A stretch of 64,000 nucleotides of DNA, from the NCBI GenBank assembly GCA_964016885.1, contig OZ024740.1:320726001-320790000 (forward strand), written 5' to 3'. The translations under genes were made by a program, and so were the position numbers. Source of the DNA: Eledone cirrhosa (taxonomy: Eukaryota). This document shows positions 39,766 to 54,090 of the stretch, piece after piece (the stretch's first letter is position 1; each line of letters opens with the position of its first letter). The notes under the pieces were generated by a model. That model saw only the letters and a program-made list of their open reading frames with translations, searched no databases and was not told the origin of the DNA.

Positions 39766-40204
39766 GACTTTTTAAAAATGTAATTCTATATATTGAATTA
39801 TTGGTTTTGTTTTGCTTTGTTTACATCAAAATACATTCCATTAATGTTTGCCTCCCTTGCTATTGTCAAGGGATGTTTGAGAAATTTAAGCAAGTCGTAA
39901 AAATAAAGAAATACTCGTTATTTTATAACAGGTATGTTGCTCAAACTTCTTGTCCTTATTTCATCATGTTAAATAATATATTTTATTACAGTTGTATGAA
40001 TTTACAGTAGAATAACGTTGCAAATATGTTTTAAATATAATAATGGTTTCTTATATCGGTACAAGACCAGCAATTTGGGGGAGGGGGAAGTCGATTAAAT
40101 CGACCCAGTGCGCGACTGGTACTTTATTTTATCGACCCTGTAAGGATGAAGGGCAAAGTTAACCTCAGCGGGATTTGAACTCGGGCCGTAACTCTATGCT
40201 GCTC

Positions 40205-40520
40205 AATAATAATAATGAAATTATTGTGTACAGTGCTCAAGTGCACTACAACTCATCAAAGGTGCATGTATAGTTCATAGAATAATTTACAAATGTCAGG
40301 AAAATGAACTGCATGAGTCATGATATACATGTGTGCATGGAGGTTTTAAAGGATGCAGTGTCTCGGCAGCTAACAACTCATGCAGGTAGTTTGTTCCATG
40401 TTCAACAACTCAGCATGAAAAAATGTTTCCGAAAGTCATGGGAGCTGTGCTGTTTTCTGACTTTGTAGGCATGTCCACGTGGTTAATAATTTTGTGGGTG
40501 TTTACCTAGTAAGTCGCCAG
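40205..40520 (-). mobile_element. CR1-type LINE 3' end, inverted and abutting the next copy
   Basis: Reverse complement of 42083-42498 with deletions; (AAT)n tail at 40205. Confidence 0.88.
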
Positions 40521-42500
40521 TGGCTTGAATTTTACAACTCTGGAGATGTGAACACTATACTTCAGAACATCCTGAACTCAATATGGACAGCATGTGCAGC
40601 ATCAGTGCCAAGTAAGCAGAAAAACATCCCCAAAGTGCAATTTGGGAGACTGCAGCAGTCCGTCTTGCTGAACGTGAGTATAAACTGCATAAATCAGATA
40701 TCAATAGAAAAAAGTGAAATAAATCATCCGATCATTTCAAGCAGGTGACAAAAAAGTCAGTGCTTGGATTTGAACAGCACATAGCAACCAACCCTGACAG
40801 TAAGGTGTTCTGGAAACATGTACATTCAAAGCAGAGACCTCACTCTCCAGTTGGTCCTCTTCGCAATCCCCACACAAGCCAGATTACTGACAATTCCAAA
40901 GAATATGCAGAACTCATTGCTGAATGCTATGCAGGCATTTTCACTGTTGAAAACCAAAATGTACCATCTACACCACCTCTGACATCAAATTCTATAACAA
41001 CTACGGAATTTACACCTGCGATGCTGCGACGTCACCTTAAGAATAAACGCAACCATGCCTCTCTTGGTCTTGATGGTGTTACATATCTGCTTCTCAAACA
41101 TGGTGGGTACCTCCTTCTGCAGCAGCTTTCACTCTTCTTTCAATTCTGTCTTAACAACGGTGCTACTCCAGAACAGTGGAAATTGCCCTCACATTTTGGA
41201 TTTATCCCCAACTCCAGCTGTTGTGATCAACTTATCAAGTTTCTTGAAGACATCATCCGGATTACTGATGGCAGCTGATGGATGTTGTTTACCTTGACTT
41301 TGCTAAAGCTTTTAATTCTGTGCCACACAAAAGACTTATAGCAAAACTCTCTGCAATAGTTGTGAAGGATGATCTTTTTAACTGGTTGAAGTCCTTCATT
41401 CTTAGTCAAAAAGAGGTAGTCATGGTTCTAGGACAGCATTCCTCACCGTATGAGATGTCATCTGGTGTACCACAAGGATCTGTTCTTGCCCCTTTTGTTT
41501 GTGGCATATATTAATAACATAGATGCCAACTTAAAGAATACCACAGTACTGAAATATGCAGATGACATCAAGCTGTACCTTGAGATAAAAAGGACAGATC
41601 CTGAATACTATAGATCTTTCCTGCAATCAGACTTAGACACAATGCAGCAATGGATCACGGCATGGCAACTGAAGCTGGCTGTGGACAAGTGTACCACCAT
41701 GCATTTTGGGAGGAAAAATCCAGTGTGCACGTACTCCCTCCACAACACTAATATCAAGAAGAATTCTTGTGAACGTGACCTGGGCATTACTGTCAGCAGT
41801 GATTTACGTTGGACAAAGCATGCCTCTAAAATTGTCAAGGCTGAGGGTGTCTTGGCATCACTCAGCAAGACCTTTGTCAGCCGCTCTGCAGCTATCTATA
41901 GCTGTATATAACTATGGTGCAGCCACACTTAGAATTTACATCACCAGTCTGGAACCCCTATTTTGGTCAGAACATTGACCTCCTGGAAACTGTTCAGAGA
42001 CGTGCAACCAAGTGAATGCCCTCCATCAGGCATCAACCATACTCTGAACGCCTTGCTTCTCTGGGCGTTTACCTCCAACGTCTGGCAACTTACTAGGTAA
42101 ACACCCACAAAATTATCAACCAGCTTGCCAACAACAACCTGAGCACCTTTTTGAATTCTATGTGCCTAATACACGTGGGCATGCCCACAAAGTCAGAAAA
42201 CAGCACAGCTCCCATGATTTTCGGAAACATTTTTTCACGCTCAGATTTGCTGAAGCATGGAACAAACTACCTGCATCAGTTATTAGCTGTCGAGACACTG
42301 CATCCTTTCAAACCTCCATGCTTCTTGAAATTCGCCAACACTACACCTGATAGCCCCCCCCCCCCCCCCCACACACACACATGTATTTCATGACTCATGC
42401 ACTGTTCATTTTCCTGACATTTGAATATTATTCTATGTACTATACCTGCACCTTTGATGAGTTGTAGTGCACTTGAGCACTGTACACAATATTATTATAT
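40521..42500 (+). mobile_element. 5'-truncated CR1-type LINE (RT)
   Basis: VVYLDFAKAFNSVPH, SGVPQGSVL, KYADDIKLY, TRGHAHK...FFTLR..EAWNKLP. Confidence 0.92.
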
Positions 42501-42502
42501 TA

Positions 42503-42634
42503 GGATTGGCAGTATCGGTAGAGGGTCGGATGCCATGCTTTCCAGCATAGTTACGTCCCTTTACGATCCGAGTTCAAATCCCGCCGAGGTTGACTTTGCC
42601 TTTCATCCTTACGGGGTCGATAAAATAAAGTACC
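42503..42634 (+). mobile_element. tRNA-derived SINE, young copy
   Basis: A and B boxes plus core; about 3 differences from the inverted copy at 43427-43559. Confidence 0.88.
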
Positions 42635-43379
42635 ACATTGGATTAAACAGGGTCTTAAGCATAATCCTAAATCAGGATTGAGCAGAAGATAAACATGTAA
42701 AGAATATACAACATTTCTTGGGGAAAATGTTGTAAACTATAATCAAAGCATTTAAAATAAATATGAAATGGCTTGAATAAGATTGAGATTTATGAAAGAT
42801 AGTTTTGTTGCTGGAGGTTTGGTTATGATGAAGTTTGGCTCAATTGTAGTTTAGATATTGAGTTATACTCAAACGTACATGACAAGCATGTTGAAAAGAC
42901 CTTGGTAAAGCATTCATTCCATACCCTATATTTTGTTTTGACAAAAAAGCTGACAAAAGAAAACTGAGAAAAATGAATGCATCTGTCTAATATAAAGTTT
43001 ATTTTGTCAGATATTTCATTTTAAACCAACAAAGAATCAGTCATCATTTTCACTAGTCTGAGAGAAAGGACCTGCAAAGGTTATGGTAATATTCTCTCTG
43101 CTGATTAACTTATTTTAAAAGATCTAGCACCAAGTAAGCAGATCTGCAGTGTCACCTTTGTGCAGTTACCTCTGGCTTATTATCTGTGGATCTGTCTTTA
43201 TTATCAGTGGGCTTGGATGTACAATAGGAAATATTTCACCCACTGGAAAACTTTTCTGTTTTCATTATCTCCTGCTTGTCATATGTTGAACTTCAAGGAA
43301 GATAACAATCTATTATTGTTACGCTAAGAGGTTAATAAGTAGGAGAGAAATTAAGTATATTGAAATGATATTTAGATTA

Positions 43380-43560
43380 ATTGTTTCTATTTTAGGCACA
43401 TGGCCAACAATTACCCAGTGCATTACTGGTACTTTATTTTATCAACCCCGTAAGGATGAAAGGCAAAGTCAACCTCGGCGGGATTTGAACTCAGATCGTA
43501 AAGCGACGTAACTATGCTGGAAAGCATGGCATCCGACCCTCTACCGATACTGCCAATCCA
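43380..43560 (-). mobile_element. tRNA-derived SINE, young copy
   Basis: Same family as 7200-7382. Confidence 0.88.
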
Positions 43561-45231
43561 CATTAATGGTATGATATTCTGTGTAGAGAAGAGGTTGTGA
43601 TAGACACAGCTAGAATATAATGTTAATAACCAGAATAAGAAAGTAGGAGAGCCAGAAGAGAATAACTGCAAGGTATTTGTTACTAGTAGAACAGGCAGTG
43701 GTAACTACATTTAGATGTGTGATGGTTGTATTAGAGAGTTCATGATCAGAATTATAGAGCTATATATGAAAGCATATACAATGTTATTAATAACTGTTTC
43801 TTTCCAGGGACTATATTGAAAAATAAACTCCATTTAGTCATTCCTTGAGAATATCTTGCTCAACCTATGAACTTTTTAGCCACCCCTAGTATATACAGCA
43901 GATGTTTATGCAAACTCTATATAAGCTATATGGTATTCTTGCCCTATTACTGAGTGTGTAAAAATCACTGATGAGGAATAAAAATCTTGAAACACCAGTC
44001 TCTGACATTCTCACATAGCTACTGAAGTAGCTGTGAAATGATCTCGGGGTACTTCAGGTACACAAAAAATTGGAATACACAGCAAACCCCCCAATTTTAC
44101 ATATCAAAGTTAGCTTGGTGCAAATAATTGGATTGGAATTGAAAAGTTATACGTGCAGATATTAAATTCAAAAATTCTAACCATCCTAAAACTAAAAAGC
44201 CCAGCCGAGGGCACAAATAAATTGCTACAACTGTCGATGGTGGGGTTCCCACTGCAGGGGGCCCAGGGTATTGCTCTCTTTGCCCCCATTAAATCCGGCC
44301 CTGACTGCAAGTACACATACATGCAATACTTGCATACACTAATAAAATTCTTACTTAAGACATTTAAAATCTTGCTAAGTTACTAAGAATGTATATTGGA
44401 GAATAAAATAACAATATGGAACAGGAAAGGTAACAAAGAATACATATTTCATTATTTTTTAAGAACAAAAAAGGTGTTAAATCTAATACAGAGCAATAAT
44501 AGCCAGAAGAGGGTTATATGGGCAAGATAAGATGAGGATTAGTTGGCATGTATGATAGAGTATCATGTTGCTACTCTGTCATTGCAGTAGTCAAGAAGAG
44601 ATGGATTATTGAACACACCTTATACACTCAAATATAAGCTGAGGAATATGTGACCAAAAAATCGGTGGTAGAAGCGGGGTCAGTTTATATTTAGGATCAA
44701 TATTTTGACGATTTTCACCAACTTCAAATTCTATGTAAATAAGGCTTTGATTTTTGCCCATTTCTCAAGCATAAAAGGGTGGAGTTGGCCCATATTTGAG
44801 TATATACAGTTGGTATGGGTTTTATCACCATGTTTGTTATATCCATATTAAACAGATTCATTTATTCAAATAATAGAATGAAAAACAATTAAAGATGATG
44901 GTGACAACATTTTAGATTGCATTTAGTGGGATAAACATTTTATTGATTCAAAATTTCGTATTTAATTGTATATATTTACAAACAAGAAGAGAGAAAAAAG
45001 AAAAAAAGAGCATAGAAGAAAACAACTAATAAAAAGAGTGAGAAATGAGGAAGGGAAAAATTCTATACTCTTAGAGAGCACCATAGGTATCAGTGGTTAA
45101 TGATACAAAATGAAACAATTAGTCAAAGCCTGAATTTAAAAAAAATGATAGTCCATCCACCTAATAGGGAATGATTAAGTGAATGAAACAGTATACCAAG
45201 GACAAAATATTTTGCAGTTTTTAATAAAGTT

Positions 45232-47200
45232 CATCATCATCATCATCACCGTTTTTCGTCCGTTCTTCCACGCTAGCATGGGTTAGACGGGTTGTCCTGT
45301 TGTGGGCAGTGTCTGGTCGGCTGACCATGCCTTGCTCATACAGGAACTGATTTGGCTTGATTTCTACAGCTGGATGCCCTTCCTAACACCAACCTCATTT
45401 ACAGTGAGTGCTGGGTGCTTTTTCGTGGCGCCTACACGTCCACTTTACAGTGTGGGCTAGGTGCTTTTTTGCCGTGGTACCTCCACGACCACCTTGCGGG
45501 TGTGGGGTCATATTGTCTATATGCTTCAGCTTGTACCCATGGGAGGTCGGGTACTCTGTATTACTGCGTGACGCCAGAGGTCACGGTTGTGAGAGGTGTA
45601 ATTGGGTAAGGTCGGCTTTTATCACCTCATCCCAGGTCATCTTGGGTCTCCCCACTCCGCGGTTTCCATCGACTTCTAGTGCTCTGCACCTTATTATGCA
45701 GCTGTCATCCTTCATACGCATCACATGTCCATACAGCGCAACCGCCTCTCCTGCACACAGCATTTGATTCCTCTTATGCTCAGTCTCTCTCTCAATTCAT
45801 TTATGCTTTGTCGTTCGCGTATATTACTGTTATACATCCATCGGAGCATGCAGGCTTCGTTTCTTTCTAATCTACGTAAGTCTTCCACCTTCAGCGCCCA
45901 GGTCTCACTACCATGTAACATTGCTGTTCGTATACACTCATCATACAGTCTGCCTTTCATTTTGAGGGAGAAGCCTTTTGCAGCTAGCAGTGGCAGTTGT
46001 TCCCTGAACTTCTTCCATCCCGTTCTTACCCTAGTTATTGTACTTTCTGAACACCCACCTCCGCTGCTAATTCGTTCGCGTATATTACTGTTACACATCC
46101 ATCGGAGCATGCAGGCTTCGTTTCTCTCTAATCTATGTAAGCCTTCCACCTTCAGCGCCCAGGTCTCACTACCATGCATCTACACAAGCCATTCATCTAC
46201 TCCTAGTTTTCTAAAAGCCCACCAGATTACAGCACATGGAACTCTGTCAAAGGCTTTCTCAAGGTCGACAAATGCCAGGTAGAGTGGCTTACTTTTAGCT
46301 AGGTACTTTTCCTGTAACTGCCTGACAAGGAAGAGGGCATCAGTGGTGCCTCTTCCTGGTACAAACCCAAATTGCATCTCGTCTAGTTTCACCCGGTCCC
46401 TAATCAACTGTGCTATAACTCTTTCTGTTACTTTCATGACCTGGTCCATCAGCTTTATACCTCTATAGTTTCCTCTATCTAGTGCATCACCTTTACCTTT
46501 GTAGCAGTTGACAATGATGCTACTGCACCAATCTTTTGGTATGACACCTTCTAGTATTACCTGGTTAACAATACGTGTGGTTATAGTGTGACCTACAGAC
46601 CCAGATGCCTTCAGCATCTCGGCAGCTATACTCGATGGACCGGTTGACTTCCCCATCTTCATATCTTTGATTGCCTTACTTACTACGTTGCTGCTGACTT
46701 GTACTGCTGGCCCCTCTATAGGGTCTACTTGGGGTAGGGTCTCTTCTTCCCATGCATTCTCCTCATTTAGTAATCTATCATAATGACTCTTCCATGCATC
46801 TTTCTTCTCAGCACTTGTGAGGGCAAGCTCACCTTTATCATTCCGGATACACTTCTCCCCAATGACATCACGACTCTCTCTGACACACTGCCTCGCAATC
46901 TTGAACACCTCCTGTTTCTGGTCCTCACGTTGCAAAACATGCTTGAATTTTCTATCCTCTGCTTCCCTCGTAGCTAAGTATACTTGTCGCCTAGCTTCCC
47001 TCATGGTCTCTATGTAATGTACCCTGCTCCCCCCGTTTTTCCATTCTTTCCATGCCTGTCTCTTGGCCTTAACTGCCTCATCTACCTTATTGTTCCACCA
47101 CCAAGTCACTCTCCTCCTGCTTGAGGTCTTACTCCAGCCACAGACCTCATCCGTCGCCTCTAGTAAGTTATTTTTTAGGAACTCCCAGTTCAATTCTGAG
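45232..47200 (-). mobile_element. Rearranged RTE LINE (RT N-terminal half, internal deletion, 3' end)
   Basis: 344-aa ORF 46180..47214 (NYRGIKL, MQFGFVPG, AFVDLEKAFDRV); (CAT)n at 45232 is the tail. Confidence 0.92.
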
Positions 47201-48879
47201 TTCAAATCGCACACAGGTCAATTTTGGTTTTCATCGGTGGCGGGGTGGCAGTTCTAATCAAGTAGGTCTGTGATCAAATGTATTCTAGCTATAACCACCA
47301 CCCTTTTTTTTTCTCAAATCTAGTGTATCTAGGACTAGATTATCAAAAGTGTCTTTCATTTTTTTTAATATGTTAGTGTATAATTTCAGGGAGATCTGGC
47401 TGCTATTTCTGCGAGGTTGAACAACCATGTAGAAGTTTCCTCATCTCAATTCAATTGATTTTACTCTTCTATTTGGAATTTGTGTTCTTGTGCCAATGTA
47501 AAATAATCATGATGAGAGCAGTCACATTGCCTAGATTGGGTCTTTATATTTGTTTGTGTTGTTTGTCTTTCTTAAGCCCTTTTTATACCAACCTCTGATT
47601 CTATGAAGCAAAATCACCCATTTTAAAGGGTTCTTATGTAAATTAAAATCTTTCAACACAATTTGATATAAGAATGCTATTTTAAGTTATATTAGAAATA
47701 CCATCTTAATAATGAAATAACTAAAACTTTTAGTAAATCTTTCATTCCTTAATTCTCGTACATTATATTTCATTAGAAATATAGTAATGAAAGAGTGATA
47801 ATAACATTTGTCAGTCTTTTAGATCTTCAGTTAATTGGAGTTAGGACTTAGAGTGGAGAATAATTTTTTTTTGTTTTTTTGTTTTTTTTTGTTTCTGCAA
47901 GTGTCTGAAGATATTGCAAATTTGACATGCCAACTATCATCATCATTTGGACACGTCTTTTTCAGCAAAGCAAATCCTGACTTGTTGTATTCCTTTGTCT
48001 TCTCCTCTGAGCTTCAGTGATTTGAGATCAACTCCCACCACCTCTACCCAGGTTTTTCTTGTTCTTCCTTAACTGTGGCTGCTTCCCACTGGGATTTCTT
48101 GGCACTTCTTCACCCAGTGATCATCATTCATGCATATCACTTGTCCATATCCGCACAGTGACTTCTCCTGCACACTACATCTGATTCTTCTTATATTCAG
48201 TTTCTCTATCACTTCATCCATGCTTTGTCGTTCATGCACATTAACATTGCACATCCATCAAAGCATGCTTACTTCATTTCTCTCCAGCCTTCATATATCC
48301 TCTGCTTTCACTGCCCATGTTTCACTACCATGCAACATCACACTTCACACACAGCCATCATACAGCCAACATTTCATTTGTTTTCAATGGAGGTAGTAGC
48401 TCCCTAAACATACTCCATCCTGTCTTTATTCTACTTACTATGCTCTTGGAACCCAGAAATTAATTATAGCTTAAATGACATCCATGGAAATGAGTAAAAA
48501 TACATATTTATTTATTCACTATAAATTTGAAATAAGTTATATTATTCTCTAACTGTTCTATTCATTGTGTTATCAAGGTTGCCTACAAACCAAAGTGCAT
48601 GTTATTTTATCAGTGCTAATCATATTTGTAACACATAGTATATACTAACATATAATGAACTGTTAAAGTTGTATTATCTACTGTTATATCTGTTAAATAT
48701 ATACTCACACACATGCTTGCACATACACATGCTTGCACATACACATGCATATTTGTTTATATATATATATATATATATATGCAAACGTATATGCACATGT
48801 GTATTTAAATGGAAAGGTAGACAAAAATGATGATGATATATGTGTGTATGTGTGTTAGTATGCATTTTTGTATGTATTT

Positions 48880-48918
48880 ATCTCTCTCTCTCTATATATA
48901 TATGTGTGTGTGTGTATG

Positions 48919-48971
<53 letters not shown>

Positions 48972-48985
48972 GAGAGAGAGAGAAA
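48880..48985. repeat. Compound (CT)/(TG)/(TA)/(GA) microsatellite
   Basis: Direct reading. Confidence 0.9.
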
Positions 48986-50129
48986 GATTTACACACTCAC
49001 AAATATATATAGAGAGAAAGAGTGTCTGTCTGTGTGCGTGTGTGTGTGTGTGGGGGGGGGGGGGTATGTCCTAGTTTTCTACACTCATTTGTTTTCTATT
49101 TCACATTTGAAATACAGTAAGAGCAACAAGATGGTATGTTTGTTATCTATTTTCTAATTTCAATTTAAAATGTCAAAAAAAAGTGGCTTTTCTATCCCAT
49201 TATGTAAGGAAAGCTATAGACGTGATTGAAATATTGTTAAACTGTGTTTTCACCCAGATTTACTGAGCAGAATTTACACCGCCTTGAGACAGTTTGTTTA
49301 TAGTTACTTATTCAAAGATGCTGTTTGAACAAGTAACAGCATTGAGAAGACCTATGATTAAAGACACTCCAGCCTATTTCCTTTTCAAGCAGTGTGTATC
49401 TTCATTAGCTAATGTGTACTTCCTTTTTTAGGACAGTAGAAGAGTTAAAGGAGATTTGGCTGTTATTTATACCATATCGAGCAACTTCATATAGGCTTCC
49501 TCACTGTCTCAAATTATTTAGAAATATTGTTGTTTAACCTCAAATTAACACTTTTTCAGCAAACTTATGTTCAAAGATATTCCATTCATGTTCAGCAAAC
49601 TGACAAGTGTTGGAGAATATTCTAAGTTTGAAAATATAACTTCTCCAGTACAGATGCTGTGTCAAATTAACCTGTCTATTCTGACATGACATTTAGCAGT
49701 AACTAAGAGAAAGAGATTGCTTAAGTGTACATGATTAGAGGTGTACAGCCAGATACTTCATTGTAGTAGAGAGAGGCAATAGTGTGTTTATGAGTTGACT
49801 GTAATGATTTAGCAGTAAATCCTATAATGATTTAGCAAAGAATATCTAAAAACAAGTTAATAAATTCAAATGTTTATAGTATTTTTAATTGTGAACAGAT
49901 TATTGTAAAAACTTGCAGAGTTAAAGTAAAGACTTAGATTTTTTTAATGCAGTGGTAGTTCTGTCTTGTGCTTTTCTTCAAGAACATGTTGTTAACTTTT
50001 TAGCATTTAAACCAGCCGCAACTGGCCACACTTCTCTCACCTCTTTCTGTTCAAACCGGTTGTAACCAGCCACTCATACTATATTGTTCTCAAAATAAAT
50101 AATATCAAAATCTCATAGATTCGATATTA

Positions 50130-51168
50130 AAATAATAATAATGAATAATAATAATGAAAATATTGTGTACAGTGCTCAGGTCCACTACAACTTGAGTTGG
50201 TATTTATTCTGGCTCCCTGCACTTTCAATTCCAATCCTGCTACAGTCAGCATTGCCTTTCATACTTTCAAGATTGATAAAGTACCAGTCAAGTATTAGGG
50301 GTTGTTTCTCTCTCAGGGGAAGATTTAACTGTGAATTAACATGTTAGATGTGTTGTTTTGGTTGTAGAAAGTTCTTTTTTTTTTAATTAAAAAGATGTTT
50401 TAATATATTAATTAAAAAGTATATACCAAATAAATTATTATTAATTTGTTTTGTAATAATATGTTTTAGATTATTTAGTATATAAAAATCTATGTTCAGC
50501 TCTGTATAGGGATGGGCTGAACCAGGTTTAAAATACCCAAGTCACATTGTGTGCTTCGGGATGACACTCCTATGTCTCCATCCAGAGACTTTCACCTTTT
50601 TTGAATCAGTAATATTCAAGTGGAGACTTCTGGTGTCCTTGGCCCTAAGACTGCCTCTCTACTCACCATCATCAGCACAAAGTTAGCTACCCGCAGGTGT
50701 GAGCCGCGCGAATTTGAATGGCTCTTCCAATGCATCTCCCTCAACATCTTCTGAGGAAACATCTTTGCTATTCTGTCTGGACCCTCATTAGCTTATAATA
50801 GTGAGAGATGGGGAGACTGAGAGAGACAGAGGCAGTGACTTTAGGAATTTGATTCCATTATGTTCAGACCTAATATATATGTATATATTTATTTAACACA
50901 CCACTTCTAACACAGAAATTCAGCCCATTATACCAGTGTGCCTCATAAGAGAAATATAGAGCAGAACATAGGAGACAGAACACAGAGTTAGACAAGATAG
51001 GTACTGTGATATATATATATATATATATATGTTAGGTAATTCCAAAGGAAAAAGATAACATCTCTGTCTGATGAATGATCCAGACGTATATTATTATCAT
51101 CTGTGATCCAGAAACCTTTGGTAATGGAGTAGCTATATTTTGTGTTGTTCACTTTCTAATTAAATATA

Positions 51169-51200
<32 letters not shown>

Positions 51201-52490
51201 AATGAAATATTGTGTACAGTGCTCAGGTGCACTATAGCTCATCAAAAAGTGTATGTATAGTACATAGGGTAATGTACAAACGTCAGGAAAATGAACAGTG
51301 CATGATCACAGCTGATCACAGGAGCTGGAGTTAGGGATAAATCCAAACTGCGAGGGCCGGATGAGGCTGTGAGAGCTCCAGAAGTTCCAAAGTGTTTCTA
51401 TGACACAGGATTCCATCAGTTTGGCAATACAGCTAGTAAGACTGATTGGAAGATAGTAGACAGGTGACGTGCGGTCACTCCTTTTGAACAGGGGAAAGAC
51501 ACTGGCAGTTTTCCACTGCTCCGGAGTAGCACCATTGTTGAGACAGTATTGAAAGAAGAAAGAAAGCTGGTGCAAAAGGAAGTACCCGCCACGTTTGAGA
51601 AGCAGGTATGTAACACCATCAAGACCAGGGGAGGTATATCATCCTCATCCTCATCCTCATCCTCATTTTACGTCCACTTTTCCCTGCTTGCAAGGGTGGG
51701 ACGGGAACTGATTCTGGCTTGATTTCTACAGCTGGATGTCCTTCCTAACACCAACCTCATTTACAGTGTGGGCTGGGTGTTTTTTTTCCATGGCACCTAC
51801 ACGTCCACTATACAGTGTGGGCTGGGTGGTTTTTTCCCCGTGGCACCTCCACGACCACTTTGCAGTGGGGACTGGGTGGTTTTATGCCGTGGCACCTCCA
51901 CTCCACTTTACAGTGGAATGATAGGGACCCCAGTCCCTATCATCTCATTTCTACAGCTGAGTAAACTGGAGCAATGTGAAATGAAGTGTCCTGCTCAAGG
52001 AAACAACACATCACCCGGTCTGAGAATTGAACTCACAACCTTTCGATTGCAAGCCCAATGCTCTAACCACTAAGCCATGTGCCTCCATATATATATATAT
52101 ATATAACATCATCATCATCATCATCAACGTTTAACGTCCGTGTTCCACGCTTGCATGGGTTTGGACGGGGGTAGTCCCACTTGAGGCAAGAGTGATTGTC
52201 TTGCTCGCATAGGACTGTCTGGCAGGTTTTCTACAGTTGGATGCCCTTCCTAACACCAACCACATTTACAGTGTGGGTCTGGGAGGTTTTTACCGTGTTG
52301 CCTACACGGCCACATTACAGCGTGGACTGTGTGTTTTTTTGTCGTGACACCTACACGATCTCATTTGTTTCGGCCTGGATGGCGCGGCACCAACATAACT
52401 TTACATAGAACGGGGTGGTGTGGATGGGGGGGGGGGGGGGGTATTTTGTTAGAGATGCCTACTGGCTGGAGTAGGTTTTACTATATATTT

Positions 52491-52566
<76 letters not shown>

Positions 52567-53118
52567 TATATTATGAAGACATTTTATTTAACATTGCTCC
52601 AGTTTACTCAGCTGGAATAAAAAGCAACATCCGTGATGTTCGTGCTTAAATATCAAGCTATGGCATTACTTGGAACTGAGTTGCAGCCATTATCATATAT
52701 ATATATGGAAACTTTTCCTAGGATTTGAACAGAAGATGTACAAAACAGAATCAGTTCCTGCAAAGAGTCCTAAATATTCCACAAACCTGAAAGCCAATAG
52801 ACTGGTACTTTATTTAACTAACTGTAAATGATACAGGGTAAAGTTGATCTTGGCAAGAGTGCAATGAACTGTGACCTAGTCCACCGAGGCATTTAATTAC
52901 ATATATATGTGTGTCTATGTATACATATATATATATATATATATATATGTGTTTGTGTGCATATATGTACGTGTATATGTATATATATATAAATGTGTGA
53001 GTATGTGTGTATGTGTGTGTGTGTATATATATATATATATACATAGTATTAGGGATAATCAACTTTTAATTAATATATGTATATACTTATATATAAATGA
53101 GTGCATGTGTGTATATAC

Positions 53119-53174
<56 letters not shown>

Positions 53175-53478
53175 CATATATATTTATTAAAATAACAGAT
53201 TAAAGTTTAAGCAAAGAATTGCTGCTTTCACCCTTAACGGGATCTTGGATTTTAGTCTTCAATTTTATTATTATTACTATATACATATATATATAGATAT
53301 ATATCCATATATCTATATATATCCATAGATATATACATATATATATATATATATATACATATATATGTATATATATAGATATATATATATAGATATATAG
53401 ATATATACATATATATTTATATATATATATACGTATATATATATATATATATATAGATAGATATATATATATAGGTAG

Positions 53479-53563
<85 letters not shown>

Positions 53564-54090
53564 TATACATATATATACATATATATAGAGAGAGATATAT
53601 AGATATATATATATACATACATACATATATCTATATACATATATACATATATATATGTATATATATATATACACATACATATACAATATATATATATATA
53701 TATGTGAGTGTATGTGTTAATACATAGTTGCGCTTATTCTTAAGGTGACATTGCAACATTGCAGGTGTAAATTCCATAGTTCTTATGGAATTTGATGTTG
53801 GAGATGGTACATTCTGGTTTTCAACAGTAAAAATGCTTGCATAGCGCTCAGCATTGAGTTCTGCGCATTCTTTGGGATCGTCAGTGATCTGGCTTGTGGG
53901 GATTGCGAAGAGGACCAACTGGAGAGTGAGGTCTCTGCTTTGAATGAACATATTTCCAGAACACCTTACTGTCAGGATTGGTTGCTATGCACTGTTCAAA
54001 ATCAAGCAATGCCTTTTTGTCACTTGCTTGAGATGGTTGGAAGATTTATTCTGCTTTTTTCTGTTGGCATCTGATTTATGCAGTTTATAT
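50130..54090 (-). mobile_element. Composite CR1-type insertion (pieces 50130-50195, 51187-51633, 53723-54090) with nested SINEs, RTE-3' elements and (TA)n, splitting a TTAA MITE
   Basis: CR1 sequence breaks at 51633 and resumes at 53723; MITE halves at 49992-50129 and 54087-54161. Confidence 0.8.
52895..53720. repeat. Large degenerate (TA)n low-complexity tract
   Basis: Direct reading; source of the spurious YIYI ORFs. Confidence 0.95.

Noticed and set aside
42503-42585. tRNA gene
   Set aside because: A and B boxes are present, but they are followed by the SINE core and repeated many times; this is a SINE head with no clear cloverleaf.
52814-53951. Long YIYIYI ORFs (also 48674-49157 and 52329-52649)
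   Set aside because: Translations of (TA)n microsatellites.
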